From: Balanoglossus misakiensis
Lineage: Eukaryota; Animalia; Hemichordata
Direction of reading: 5' to 3'
Length of the DNA: 64,000 bases
Assembly (NCBI GenBank): GCA_040954595.2
Contig: CM082577.2
Span: 11,317,654 to 11,381,653 of the forward strand
Numbering within the stretch: position 1 is the first letter of the stretch; every line of letters begins with the position of its first letter. Positions 15,301 to 26,555 of this stretch are shown here, in pieces. Position numbers and translations under genes: made by a program. The notes under the pieces are model-generated. The model made no database searches. It worked only from the letters and a program-made list of their open reading frames with translations, and was not told the origin of the DNA.

Positions 15301-18300
15301 GAAGAGGAATGGAATGGAGAGGCTTTGGCGACCGAGTAAAGGTGAGAAAAAAATTATGAGTAGATTTTTTGCACTTTACCATGGAAACCGACAGCTGCGT
15401 TATTACCGATGGTGAGAAAAAGAGCAGCTCTGAAAGGTTGCTATAGATACAGGCGTTGGTGTAAATGGTGACACAGAAGTAGTGTTCATGTGTTGCCATG
15501 GTAAATTCTAGCTATTTCATATCCTTGTGAGCGCAAAAGTATATAGCCTGGATTTATTGCCATGGAAATCATGTACTGCTGGCCAGTTACTATATTTGAA
15601 CGATATTCTACTGAAAATGCAATTCTGAGATCTCTGCTTTTGCATAAGTCAATATTCCCGACTAAATTTATTAACAAATTTGACACTGTAATATTTCATT
15701 TATGAAAAAACATTACATGCTAATAAAATAGTTATCACCTAAAATGTGTCACAATCGAACTTTTAACGTTGAATATAGCCAGATGATATTGCAGAAAACA
15801 TTTAATATACCAGACAATATATATTTTTATGTAACACTAACAGCAAACAAAAAATATCTGGATACTATAAAGAGAGATTTTTTCCTCTCTCTTGAACAAT
15901 TTGAGCTGTTATTAACAAACATCAACTCGATAGCACAACAGAACTTTATTCTAAATTTTGAACATACAAAATATATAGGCATCATCCATGTTTGCTCTAC
16001 TCAGAATGTTAACCCTTTCACCCCCAGTTCTCTTTTCATAGAGTTCCAACCTTTGCATAGAAAACAATGGATTTGGACTAGACCATGTTGGTGAAAGGGT
16101 TAACTGTTTGATATCTAACCTGTTTACTCCAATTTTTCAAAGTCTGTCCACATGTAGTTGGTTCAAATAAATGAATAAGAATAATTGTTTTTTACCAAGG
16201 TGTGAAAAAAAATAGTGGCATTGTCAATGGCAAAAATCATGAATGATAAAAATGAAAACAATGCATCAGTGATTCATTGTGGTTTGATGTCAAGAATAAT
16301 TAATGAATTGATTATAGACGAAGAAAAATCTATCCCAACCAGGAAATGGAAGTATGAATCATTCCAGGCTTAAAATAAAACTGTTTATTCGATTTTGCAT
16401 ATATATCAATGACTCAGGAAATTGTTTATTTTTATAAACATTTCAATTACAAAATATTTATTTCAACCCACGCAAATACCTCAAAAATAATGTAACATTC
16501 TGGTATGTTTGGGTTATCTTTTTTTTGGGGGGGGGGGATTTCATTTTCAGACGTGTTTTTACACAAACAGATGAAATTTAACGGTCGAATGCTATATTAA
16601 AGCTGTAGACAGGAGGTGTGCCTCCGGGCCGGGTGTTGCGTTGCAGGTTTTGAATGTTAAGTGGCCCTCCCCTTGAAACCTGTTGAAGTGTGGTCTTTCA
16701 AAGAACAGAACAAACACCTGTTCTGGAATGATTGCCGCGGATACCGTCTCAGTTGCTTGCATCGTGGTGTTGACATGTCCAGGCTCTGTGTTGTACTGTG
16801 TTTATTCCGTCCACATACCAGCCTTGCTCATTCTCCATTCATCGAAAGCTCCACTCTCCCTCGAGCTCACGACAACAATGGACTATACAGTCTGGGGAAA
16901 AAATCCACAGAAACATGTCCTTTTATAACACCCAGCCACAAACAAGGTGTTGAAAAAGCTATATAGCCAGTCAGTGTCCTAGCTCACAAGCCAGGTGATG
17001 TACTGGAGTACCAAGCCTTAAAGTATCCAGTACCAATCTTAAAAATCTAACAAAGAATTCTCGATGAGCCACTCGACTGATTTCCACCTTTTTTTCTGCA
17101 AAGTTTATGTTTTGTGAACACAGCTTTCTTTCAGAAGTAATGAATCTATCAGGAATATGAAAATACACGTTTCTAGAACCTACATGTAGTGTACTAATTC
17201 AAGCCTTTCACCACCATGCTTTTGTCCCACATCGACTGTTTTCTATAGTAAGGTTGGGCCTAATAGACTCTCTCACAGCCCCTCTCGCTGCCTATGCAGG
17301 CTTACATGTACATTGTATGGTCTGAATTGCATGTGCTTTACTCCTTTGCTGAACGGTTGAGGGCGCGTCAGTGTACAACATGTAAAGATCCCTGTAGCGA
17401 ACCGTGGGCTGTGAGAGAATCTTGGTTGGGCTTGTGATAGTGCAAAAAAGATAAAAGATTCACACCATGTCATGATGTGACAGTAATTTGACCGATATAA
17501 CATGGAACACAGATGACGTGTTACGGTCCCAAAATGTATATATACCGGTATACCGTATGTATATACTTGGAGAAGAGGCATTGAATATTGATTGTAATAG
17601 ACAGGGACAGTAAGTGACAAATTAGTGGGATGAGTCAGGAATGCCTGACTGACTGTCCACAATGTCCATCTGGATTGAAACTGTGTCAGTAAAGTAAATT
17701 ACAGTATATTATACTGGCGATTTTTCTGGAAAAGCAACACATGCCAGACACTGTTGCTGGTCGATCAGCATGCACAGTATGTATGGACAGGAAAATTGAA
17801 ATGTGTGGAGTATCTCAGTGCAGGCAGAGGTAGACTTCGGATGTATGACCAACGCGCTTGCCAAGTCCATGCTGTATTATATGACCATGTGCATTTCATA
17901 TGACCAACACGTCAGCTACGTCCGTGGGTGTAATGTATATGTCTGCATTTTCCCATTTGAAATTCTAGATCACTGTCCCAGTTCCTGATGATTTGCAGAG
18001 TGGAAAGTTTCACCTGATGTGATTCGAACCCGGCATGATAATTACTTCTCCACAGCTCCCTGTCGACAGAAAACAAAAAATCTTGAAATTACTATCATAA
18101 AGTATTCTCTTTTAGCCAAAAATTGCAGTTGTTTCTGTCAAAGTTTTTATACGGATGACTTTGACACATTTAGATTGATGATGTAATCAGTCTGCTCTGT
18201 CAACGAGTAGAAGGTGGGGGGGGGGGGGGTAATAACACATTGACAATGACTCCAAAGTTGGATGGCTCTTTCATCGTCTTTCATCAACACCTGTTAGCTC

Positions 18301-19139
18301 ATTCTGTATAGGAGTGACCAATGTTACAATGAGAACTGTGTGACTGTATAAGAATGAATGTGTCGAGTGTGATTTCACACATTTACATCACAGACAGTCT
18401 GGCTTCTTGTCGATTCAACAACTTGCCCAGCCACTGTAGGCGTGTGTCTCCAATACCTATCACTCTCTGTTTCAGTATCGATGTATGAAATATCAGATTC
18501 AGGTTTAGTACAGTGCCCTGTGTATATGCATCACCATGAATGATAGTTTTTTTCTTAACAGAATTAGTGAAAAAATTTATTATACAATTTGAGAATAAAA
18601 TCTCAACATAAAGCAGCTGAATTTGTGTGAGGTATTTTGTAGAAAGACAGAGTTAAAGCGTATTAATAATATGAACATGACAAGTTTTCTAAATGTATGT
18701 ATTTTAATGTGCATGTATGTTCTTTTTCTTTTTACTTTATATCTTTAAATTCACTGTATAATAATTCATGTCATAATTATGCAAACTACCATATATCAGG
18801 AATATTTCTGATGATATCTGGGGAAATATTCAGTACTACATGTAATTTGCATAAAAAGTAAATTTGGGGTGACATTTTTCGTCTGTCTTCTCTGTTACAG
18901 TGCTGAGCCTTCAGGACCTGTGCTGCCAAGCTATCGTCAAATGCACATGCATCTACAGTGTGGACAAGTTGCCGTTGCCGACGCAGCTGCGGTCGCGCCT
19001 CAAATCGTTCGGCAACGGCCACCACCAGCACCGATATTTACCCCACAGGGACTCCAAGTCCAAGAAATCACGGACGATTCCGTTGAATCCCTACGACTCG
19101 CCGCCCATGAACTGCCGGAAAAGCTGCTGTGTGTCGTGA
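6245..19139 (+). CDS. RAB40: Rab40 small GTPase with SOCS box (spliced, 5'-partial; exon 1 lies upstream of the window). Exons 6245-6305, 12602-12740, 15119-15341, 18901-19139
   Basis: Four GT-AG exons join in frame: [89 protein letters not shown]...[11 protein letters not shown]...[17 protein letters not shown]...LPLP...NCRKSCCVS*. It has the Rab40-specific NRLH G4 motif, a SOCS box and a C-terminal prenylation motif. Confidence 0.96.
11227..11663. mobile_element. Tc1/mariner-type MITE with an internal tandem duplication
   Basis: TIR CAGTGCAGCTTAGGAATAGCTTTCCAA / TTGGAAAGCTATTCCTAAGCTGCACTG, TA on both sides; ~110-125 bp internal direct repeat (11360-11596). Confidence 0.85.
12602..12740 (+). 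CDS. RAB40: Rab40 coding exon (G3 / switch II), 139 nt
   Basis: Acceptor ttttaattcag, donor gtgaga; encodes [46 protein letters not shown]. Confidence 0.96.
13319..13524. mobile_element. TA-flanked MITE (CTGTA termini); truncated sister copy at 13963-14032 and a related end at 1-62
   Basis: 25-bp TIR CTGTAAAACACTTTATTTTCGCGAG with one mismatch; TA on both flanks. Confidence 0.85.
15119..15341 (+). CDS. RAB40: Rab40 coding exon (G4-G5), 223 nt
   Basis: Acceptor cttttccacag, donor gtgaga; encodes [74 protein letters not shown]. Confidence 0.96.
16013..16099. mobile_element. 87-bp piggyBac-type micro-MITE
   Basis: TTAA-CCCTTTCACC ... GGTGAAAGGG-TTAA; homologous to 21834-21920. Confidence 0.8.
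18901..19139 (+). CDS. RAB40: Rab40 terminal coding exon (SOCS box + CaaX)
   Basis: Acceptor tcttctctgttacag; encodes the BC box [12 protein letters not shown], the Cul5 box LPLP, and ends CCVS-TGA. Confidence 0.96.
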
Positions 19140-19700
19140 CACGTCGGGTGACGCACGCTGTGATACATACAGTGGGGAAGTACTGTGATGAGCCCGGTGG
19201 TGAGAAATACTGTCACATTGTGTAGTACATACCAGGCTCATCCATCATCCCATCTACAGTCTGTTGTGTATGGAATCATTTCGGGAAGAAAAATGGACAA
19301 GCCGTTTACTGTGTAAGCGTTAGAGAATTAAGTGTGTGGCCAAGAAGACACTTCTAACCATACTGGATTGTAATGAATCATGTCTACAAGGACTTCAACT
19401 CAACAGTCCGCTGACGATGGATTTTATAGAATCACTTTTGCCGACGTGCTGGCAAAACGGAAAAAAGCACAGTGCAGATTACATGCCGGTTGTAGCCAAA
19501 GTTTCTTGGGTTGATCGAATCATGTGAACGACACACGTGCCTTGAGACCAAGCTCATCTACTTCAGTAGCCAAGCAAAGAAAAAAAAACCAAAGCCAGCA
19601 GTATTACAGAGCAGTTGCCTAAACATGAAGCAATTAGACAGAAGATTCTAGATGCCAAAGTGATTGGCAGTCGCATGCGAATACACTACATGCATTTTAA

Positions 19701-19985
19701 GGGCAAATAAAAAAATTTGTGCTGTTCCGATTACCCGACCTACCCTAATTTTAGCCCGCCGACGATAAAATATCTTAGAGCTTTGTAAACTGGAAGTAAG
19801 AATAATGATGTCAAATATACAAAATTTATGAAAATTGCCAGAATCACGCAAGAACTATGACGTCATTCTTCTACACTTCTACGGCCAAAGATATAAAAAA
19901 TTGCAAAATAAAAACATTTCCCTATCTACCTACCCCATTTTTGAAAACCATGTAATTGGAACAGCACATATTATTTTTTTGGGCC
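19701..19985. mobile_element. PIF/Harbinger-type MITE in the probable Rab40 3' UTR
   Basis: ~33-bp imperfect TIR (GGGCAAATAAAAAAATTTGTGCTGTTCCGATTAC / GTAATTGGAACAGCACATATTATTTTTTGGGCC), TAA on both flanks. Confidence 0.75.
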
Positions 19986-21833
19986 TAACGCACTCACGCT
20001 GCTTGTATAGATTCAATGGAAACTCCGACTTGAAGGCATAGGTTCTGTGGAAAGTTCATGGATGAAACGTCTTCCATAAAGGACCAGAGCGGAACAGAAA
20101 TTACCATAGGATTTAAACTTTATAGGATGTAATTGGCGTCATCAAAAACTAATTTATTTGCTGCCATACAAGTTGTTTTAGAAGAAAAAAAGCCTCTATA
20201 TTGACAAATCCTAATATAAATTATACTGTTATAGCTCAGAAGTTTTGCTTAGCAACCTAAGTTTTATTTTAACATATTTTGTCAATGCCAAGAGTTTGTT
20301 TGTTAAAACTTGGGCATCATTTGTGTGGAGATGCCATCAGTATAGTTTACAATACAATGGGATTTCAGTGCAATTTGTATCAAACGAGCCAAGAAATACT
20401 CTATACAGGAATTCTACTAAAATATGCATTGATAGAAAATTAAAGATAACTTTTAACTAATTTTTGTTCATGTAAAAAAGCTCTGATTTAAGATGTAAAA
20501 TACCATTGAGTTGTATGAAATGTCTCACACTGGATGCTGTGAGAGATTTTTTTTTTTTATCTGTCTTGAGAACATGCATGTAAGTTTTCCATATCTTGCC
20601 CTGTGAGGGCGGTGTTCTAGATATCCCAGAAATCAATACCTTTATTTCAATATTTTCCAAAAACAGAAAATTGTCGGTTGTATTAAACATAGAACAAACT
20701 GTCCTTGCATGGACAGAAGAAAATTTACTCAAAATATGAAAGACACAGCATTGATGTGGTGGAAACTTGTAAAAACTTCTAAAAAAAATTCCAGTATTCA
20801 ATTTGTAAACACAAGTAGAATCACAAATTGACTGACCAAATTGCACCTGAGAAGTGTAACTTTCAGGTGAAAGAACATTGTATAATTTGCTTTTCACAAA
20901 GTGTGATGTTCATGTATGCCATAAACATCAACACCATAGCACTACTAATACGACAACTCATTATTTTGAGGTTCAAACCGCATTTAATATTTGACATTGT
21001 GATTTTTCCCTCCATGAATCTTGAAAATTGACCTGTGATAGCTGTTATAGAAAGTTTTACGGACTTCGGTGAATTTTAATCAGCCCAAGAAGGGGCGTTA
21101 TTTATCATAGAAATTGTGAATTCTGTTTCTTGAAATACTTGTGTGTGATTTTGAGAAATGAACTCATCCTTTTTTCAGCTTCATGCCATCAACAAATTGT
21201 AGTGGATGTAGGGGCTTAATTTAAATCTGAGATTAAAGCTCGTTAGGTCAGATAATCATTGTCTAAAATCAGATTTACAACTAAAAGTGTGAGAAATGTA
21301 ACCCCACCCCATCCAACGCATGCCATCCAATCTGATTAGATTTGTTCCCTCATTTATGCTAATTTCTGACGTATCTTCAGTTATTTGGAAAGTGCATTGC
21401 ACTGTAAGTACTTACATCGAACGAGTCTTGAACAGTTTTTTGCAACGCAGTACAATAATACCTTCAGGCTTCACTACTAGAACATTTACAGTCACAATGA
21501 CATCAAATGTCTTCCCACCTTGTTAAAAAAAAACTGTCCATGAATTCTAAGCCCGTATTTGCTATAGATATCAATTAAGAAGTCACGTTTCGGTATGTCA
21601 AACATTTAAACATATTTTTTGCTGTCATCAAATGTCTCTCAGTGAAAAGTTTTAATAGTCTTTCCTCTTCTTTGTGTGGTCATCCAAAGATTTCATTGAC
21701 ATTGAGACGTCCAGTTGTCTAAGCAGGAGAAGACGACACTTTTTAAGTTTTACCTGTAAACATTTCTGAGAATGGTATATTTTTATGCTGTCAATGGTAA
21801 AAGGTGGAAAAACAACTGACATGATCTCCTTAA

Positions 21834-21920
21834 CCCTTTCACCCCCTTTTCCCTCTTTTAGGAGGTTCCACTTTACCATAGGAAACAATGGATTTGGACC
21901 AAACCATGGTGGTGAAAGGG
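21834..21920. mobile_element. 87-bp piggyBac-type micro-MITE (second copy)
   Basis: TTAA TSD, CCCTTTCACC TIR, internal similarity to 16013-16099. Confidence 0.8.
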
Positions 21921-22053
21921 TTAAAAGAGACTTGTGGTTGGTTGGGATAAATTATGCAAATGTGTTTCATTGAAAACTGTTGTAAAAAAAAGTAGGATAG
22001 TATTTTTGATAACTGTCATCAGAGAGGGAGTGGCAATCAAGCAGAGGGGAACT

Positions 22054-22434
22054 TAAGTCTCGGTTACCCAAACCCCTCTGCTTCTTCCGTTGTTCACTCC
22101 AGAAAGAGGGTCTGGGGGAAATACTATAAAAAAATCTCCGGGCAAAGATGGCTGAGACTCCAGGCAAAAGCGATGCATGATGGTCAACATTTGTGACATT
22201 TGAAATTAATGATATGACGATATTAGAAAACTATTTACCAAACTTTGTAGATAGTTTCAGCAGGTCCTGTACTTCTCAGCATGTTTTTTTCTATGTTTGA
22301 AGCTGCAACTATCATGCATCGCTTTTGTCTCAAGTCGGCCATCTTTGCCCGGAGATTTGTCTATGGTATTTCCCCAGACCCTCTTTCTGGAGTGCCCTAC
22401 GGAAGAAGCAGGGGGGTCTGGGTAACCGAGACTA
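22054..22434. mobile_element. Academ(H)-type non-autonomous element
   Basis: ~125-bp TIRs ending ...CCGAGACTA (TAG terminus); AGGGGAACT(T) duplicated at 22045-22053 and 22435-22443 (9-10 bp TSD). Confidence 0.75.
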
Positions 22435-23541
22435 AGGGGAACTTGGAGTGTTTTGTTGTAACTGAAGTTGTAGCTGTCTACAGGGTGTATCTCCAAAGTT
22501 CCGTCAATGGCAATGCTGCACCCCTCTACTGGAGAATAGGGGTGAAGGCTTAATTGAATGTACCATGCATTGTGGACAAAATGTTGATTGCCATGCAGCT
22601 ACATGTATGTGTCCCATGCATGATATATGCAGTACAGTACTAGAAATTGATTGTAGATTTGTTATTTAATACACGTACACAGTGACACCACAAGTGAGAC
22701 TTACTTTTCAATGGAAATTCATTGATTTTGGTAAATGCTTTGTTGTAGAGGGGAATTCAGTTTTGCGATGTGACTTTCATTTTTTGCTTGCTCTACAATG
22801 TCTAATATAAATTGTGTCTTGTATTGAGAGGACAGTCCATCATATGTGCTGGCAAATGGCAACTATTCTGAGATAAAAAAAAATTCAGGTTACAGCACAA
22901 CTACGCTGTACCCCGCTCCCCCACCCCATTGCACGAACAGATAAGCCGCCAGTTCTAGCATGTGACTTTGCATACAATGTGTTCCATTTTCATTGAATTG
23001 GGCCTGGATTTTCATTTAAAACATCCACCGTTTAGACTCGGCATAGAAAATGCTCAACAGAAAAAATTGTAGGTGCCTTGTATGTCATGTTGTAGTGGGC
23101 AGCTGTGGCCCACTTAAACAAGTACTTGCCGATCATAGATCGCATTGATTGCAATTAGCCAATCATGGAAAGCGAGAGAGAGAACCCGTGTTTGAATTGG
23201 CCATTCAGAACACTTGCTGAAATTACCTATCTTGCATATTACATGACTTGTCTCAAAGAGGTTTTGTGGAGATCCCACCACAGAAATCCTGCATATATAT
23301 AAGTCCCAGTAGAGTGTGTCTGTTTAATTCTCCCCAATTTAGCTGGACTGTCAACAAACTGTGAAGTTTGCTTCAATGCAAAGACAGCCTTATTGTATGT
23401 ATATGTTGCTCTGGTTTTATTTCTGTACATAAAATACCTTATCAGATAATTAATTCATAACATTGTTAAGATGAACAACTGTATTGCAGGGGAGAATTTC
23501 CTGACATGAGTCCTGTGTAAATTGTATTTTACATTCATTGC

Positions 23542-23557
23542 AATAAAATCAATTAAA
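23542..23557 (+). terminator. Probable distal polyadenylation signals of Rab40 (AATAAA, then ATTAAA)
   Basis: AATAAA at 23542-23547 and ATTAAA at 23552-23557, followed by GT/pyrimidine-rich sequence, at the end of a long AT-rich UTR-like tract. Confidence 0.45.
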
Positions 23558-24454
23558 AGTGAAATGGTACATGTGTTCCCTCCTTCTTTGCATTTCCAGC
23601 ACAAGGCAAACATGATTTTCATGCACGTTGTATGTACACATAGTTCTGTGAAAATCCTTTTGTGTTTCGTACTTTTTAGCAAAGACAATCATCTTTGGAT
23701 CTGTTACCTGCCTCTCCATGTTCAGTAGTACCTAACCTGCGACAAAAAAACGTATCATGGTCTTGTCTTGACTACTTACAAGTTTCTACTTTCAAGAGAG
23801 CTTCTGTAAAAAAAATAGTTCAAGTTCCTGAACACAGAATCTTGATATGCCCTACTCTAGCGCCCTCTGAAAGTCTAACTGAAAATCACTTTGTTTTCAC
23901 CGGTTGCTGCCCTCGGTTCGTCTTATTTGTCAATTCTGTTAGTTTATACTAACGATATTTGTTTGAATTAGCGAAGTTTTGACAGTATTACCAAATTTAC
24001 CAAATTATAAATTGTACAAACTTACAAACTAAAGATCGAGGGACTTCTTGTTGGATACAGAAAGACAGACGCCCCAACTAACGAAAATATACGAAATATT
24101 CGCTAAACAGCTACTGATAATCGGACTGATGAACTTATCATTCGACTTTTGAAACTGAGATAGACCTGATAAGAAACAAAACTGCGACCAAGAGAAAGAG
24201 AATCGATACTATTCTCTGTGACACTAAATTTGCGCCGTCAAGAATGTTAAATTTGGTGCTTTCTTTCTCGTATTTTTTACACAACAATATTTAAGTGATA
24301 CTCAAATGTAGGAAAATGTACTTCAAAGGAATTAAATTTGTTGTCCTCGGACTAGATTGCGCTTTTTAGCAATGAACTGTCGACTCAGAGCCGTGAAGAA
24401 GAAAAAACAAAAACGTTACAATCGTGTGGCGTTGAGGGCGATGTATGGTTGTGC

Positions 24455-24890
24455 TTACGTCATATCATGGCGGTGGGTTTGAAACAGGGTTTGCAATGGA
24501 TTTGAACTTTGTTTTGAATGGAGCGCACATCCCAAAGAATGGAAATATTATTCGTGAAATACTCGTTCCAGGTATTCGTCAGAGGTCCGGGTGCAAGATT
24601 TATCAAAGACAGTAGAAGTTTTTGGTGTGGTTCTTGCGCATTCAGAGAGTGGAAATTTGTCCAAGTTGGACAACGTATAAATGGAGCGAATGTTTCACTG
24701 TGACGTCATACGTGTCATGGCGCAGGTATTCTACCTGACGGGAATATTCCAGATGGATGCCGTCGCAAAACATGGAGAATTGTGTATTATGATTTGTGTT
24801 TGAATCTGATTTTCCTGCTGGATTCCGCTCTGAAGATGGTGCGCAGTGTGCATGGAATATCTTTGGTCGACTTGAATTATTCAGTGAGTA
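24455..24890 (+). promoter_or_regulatory. Putative Pol II promoter and first exon of a non-coding transcript
   Basis: Two composite modules: TTACGTCA+CATGGCG (24455-24472) and TGACGTCA+CATGGCG (24701-24722). Also TATAAA at 24676, raised CpG content, and a donor CA|GTGAGTA at 24884. Confidence 0.5.
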
Positions 24891-25689
24891 TTATTTGCCA
24901 TGTTTATGTTGTGACGCAGTTTGTATAATGTCATTTCAACATGATCAAGTACAGGCCTCAGCATTTACGACTAAATTATACACAGTTACTATTTAGAGTT
25001 GCTATTTAGCCTACGCGACTTAAATCGATTCTGAATGCATGTACGAAGAATTTCCTTAGAATTTCACAACTTTCACTCATGCATGTACACAGTACAGGTC
25101 ACAGGTCAATTTCTCGGGTACTTCGACCTTTTTAGGGGGGGGGGGGGTTAAACGGCCTAAAAGCATCAACCCGTGTATACTGTAAATACTGTTGGAGATT
25201 TCTAGTCAAAATTTGGGGAGTTTCATTTTATTTACTGTTCTGTACGTTGTATGTGATTTTTTTGAATGCTTCAGAATATTTCATATGTCGTGTTGTCAAC
25301 CCACAATAAGTTTTTCCCCCAGAAGATCATGAAAAGTCAACTCATTTAAGATTTTTTAAAAAGTGACCTGTACATTCTGCTCATACAAATGTACATGTGC
25401 AACTTACTATGAGAGTATCCCCTGGGAGGTGTTGTGATTATATGAAGCAAACATGCTCTATCTGATGAGGCTATCTTTGGGGTGAATATTCAACATGTTG
25501 TAATTGTTCACACATTCACTTTTTTATGAAATAACACTTTGTAATTTTTTGCTTAACGTACCAACAAGGTGCAGCTGTTTTTTTTTATTTATTTAGAAAC
25601 ATATAAACATAAATAATAATACAAATAAAATAAATATAAATTGGTAAAGCTGAATTAGCATATCCCCTCCCCCCATATGAAAGAACTGT

Positions 25690-26555
25690 CAAAATGACGG
25701 TAAGATGACATTTCTCTGCACTGGTATGACGGTGATTGTCTTAGGTCCCTTTCTGACGATGGATGTGTTTGGTAACAAATCAAAATAAACCGACATTTCC
25801 TCCATGTTACCCACTGATAATTTGAGAGGAAAGTCTATCTTTCTTCTCTGCTCGACGACAAACTGGTGAAATGCTGCTGTCGTGGATTCTAAATCAGCAG
25901 GCAACTGCTGGGCAACGGACGTTTGGTGTCATATAGTGAGAGAATGTCTTCTCATAAATTGGTGGGCCCAGCCGACCGACCCCTTGAAGGAAGAATTGTG
26001 AATCTGTAAGAGTTCTTTGGCTTTAACGCAGAGCATGTTCATTGATATAGGTATTTGGTTGTCTCTCATAATAAGAACCCATTTCACCAATTCATTATCA
26101 ACTTCTTTCGGATAGGTTTATATAGTTTAGTGCCGTTGCCAGGGACATTGCCATACTGTGAAACGCGTTGAACGTCTAGCTTATAACCACTGTCATCTTC
26201 TTTCATCCATCGGTGTACATTTCTGTGATGCATGGAAAATGTACGGGCTGCAGCACGCTGACCATGTAGTTTTGTGTACCGGACAACTTTCTTTTTTTAA
26301 CAAGTGTATATCTCTGGCAAAAATCAGGTTTAGCGGTACATGTAGTTGGTTTGTTGCTTGTTGAGTCAGAACCAGTTTGCTGCATCTCTGTCATACACCT
26401 GCGTCATTAGGTGTTGTACACAGAGTGTTGACTCTCTTCTGAAAGAGGGGATATGTCTTTTTCGGGATCGGTGGCACGTCTTCTTTTTCAACTGGTTTAG
26501 CCGTTTGAAAATACCGTAAGATGGAGTTGGGTTGACTGCTAATTGACTTCGACAT
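25690..26555 (-). pseudogene. Decayed pogo-superfamily transposase (Brinker-type HTH + CENP-B/Tc5 HTH + start of DDE domain)
   Basis: Frameshifted minus-strand translation: RYTLVKK/KKVVRYTKLHGQRAAARTFSMHHRNVHRWMKE ... DNELVKWVLIMRDNQIPISMNMLCVKAKELL...FKGSVGWAHQFMRRHSLTI*HQTSVAQQLPADLE...VGNMEEMSVYFDLLPNTSIVRKGPKTI. In-frame stop at 25929-25931. Confidence 0.85.

Noticed and set aside
18786-19225. Overlapping alternative-frame and antisense ORFs over the last Rab40 exon
   Set aside because: Shadows of the GC-rich true exon; only the 18901-19139 frame fits the SOCS box and the splice phase.
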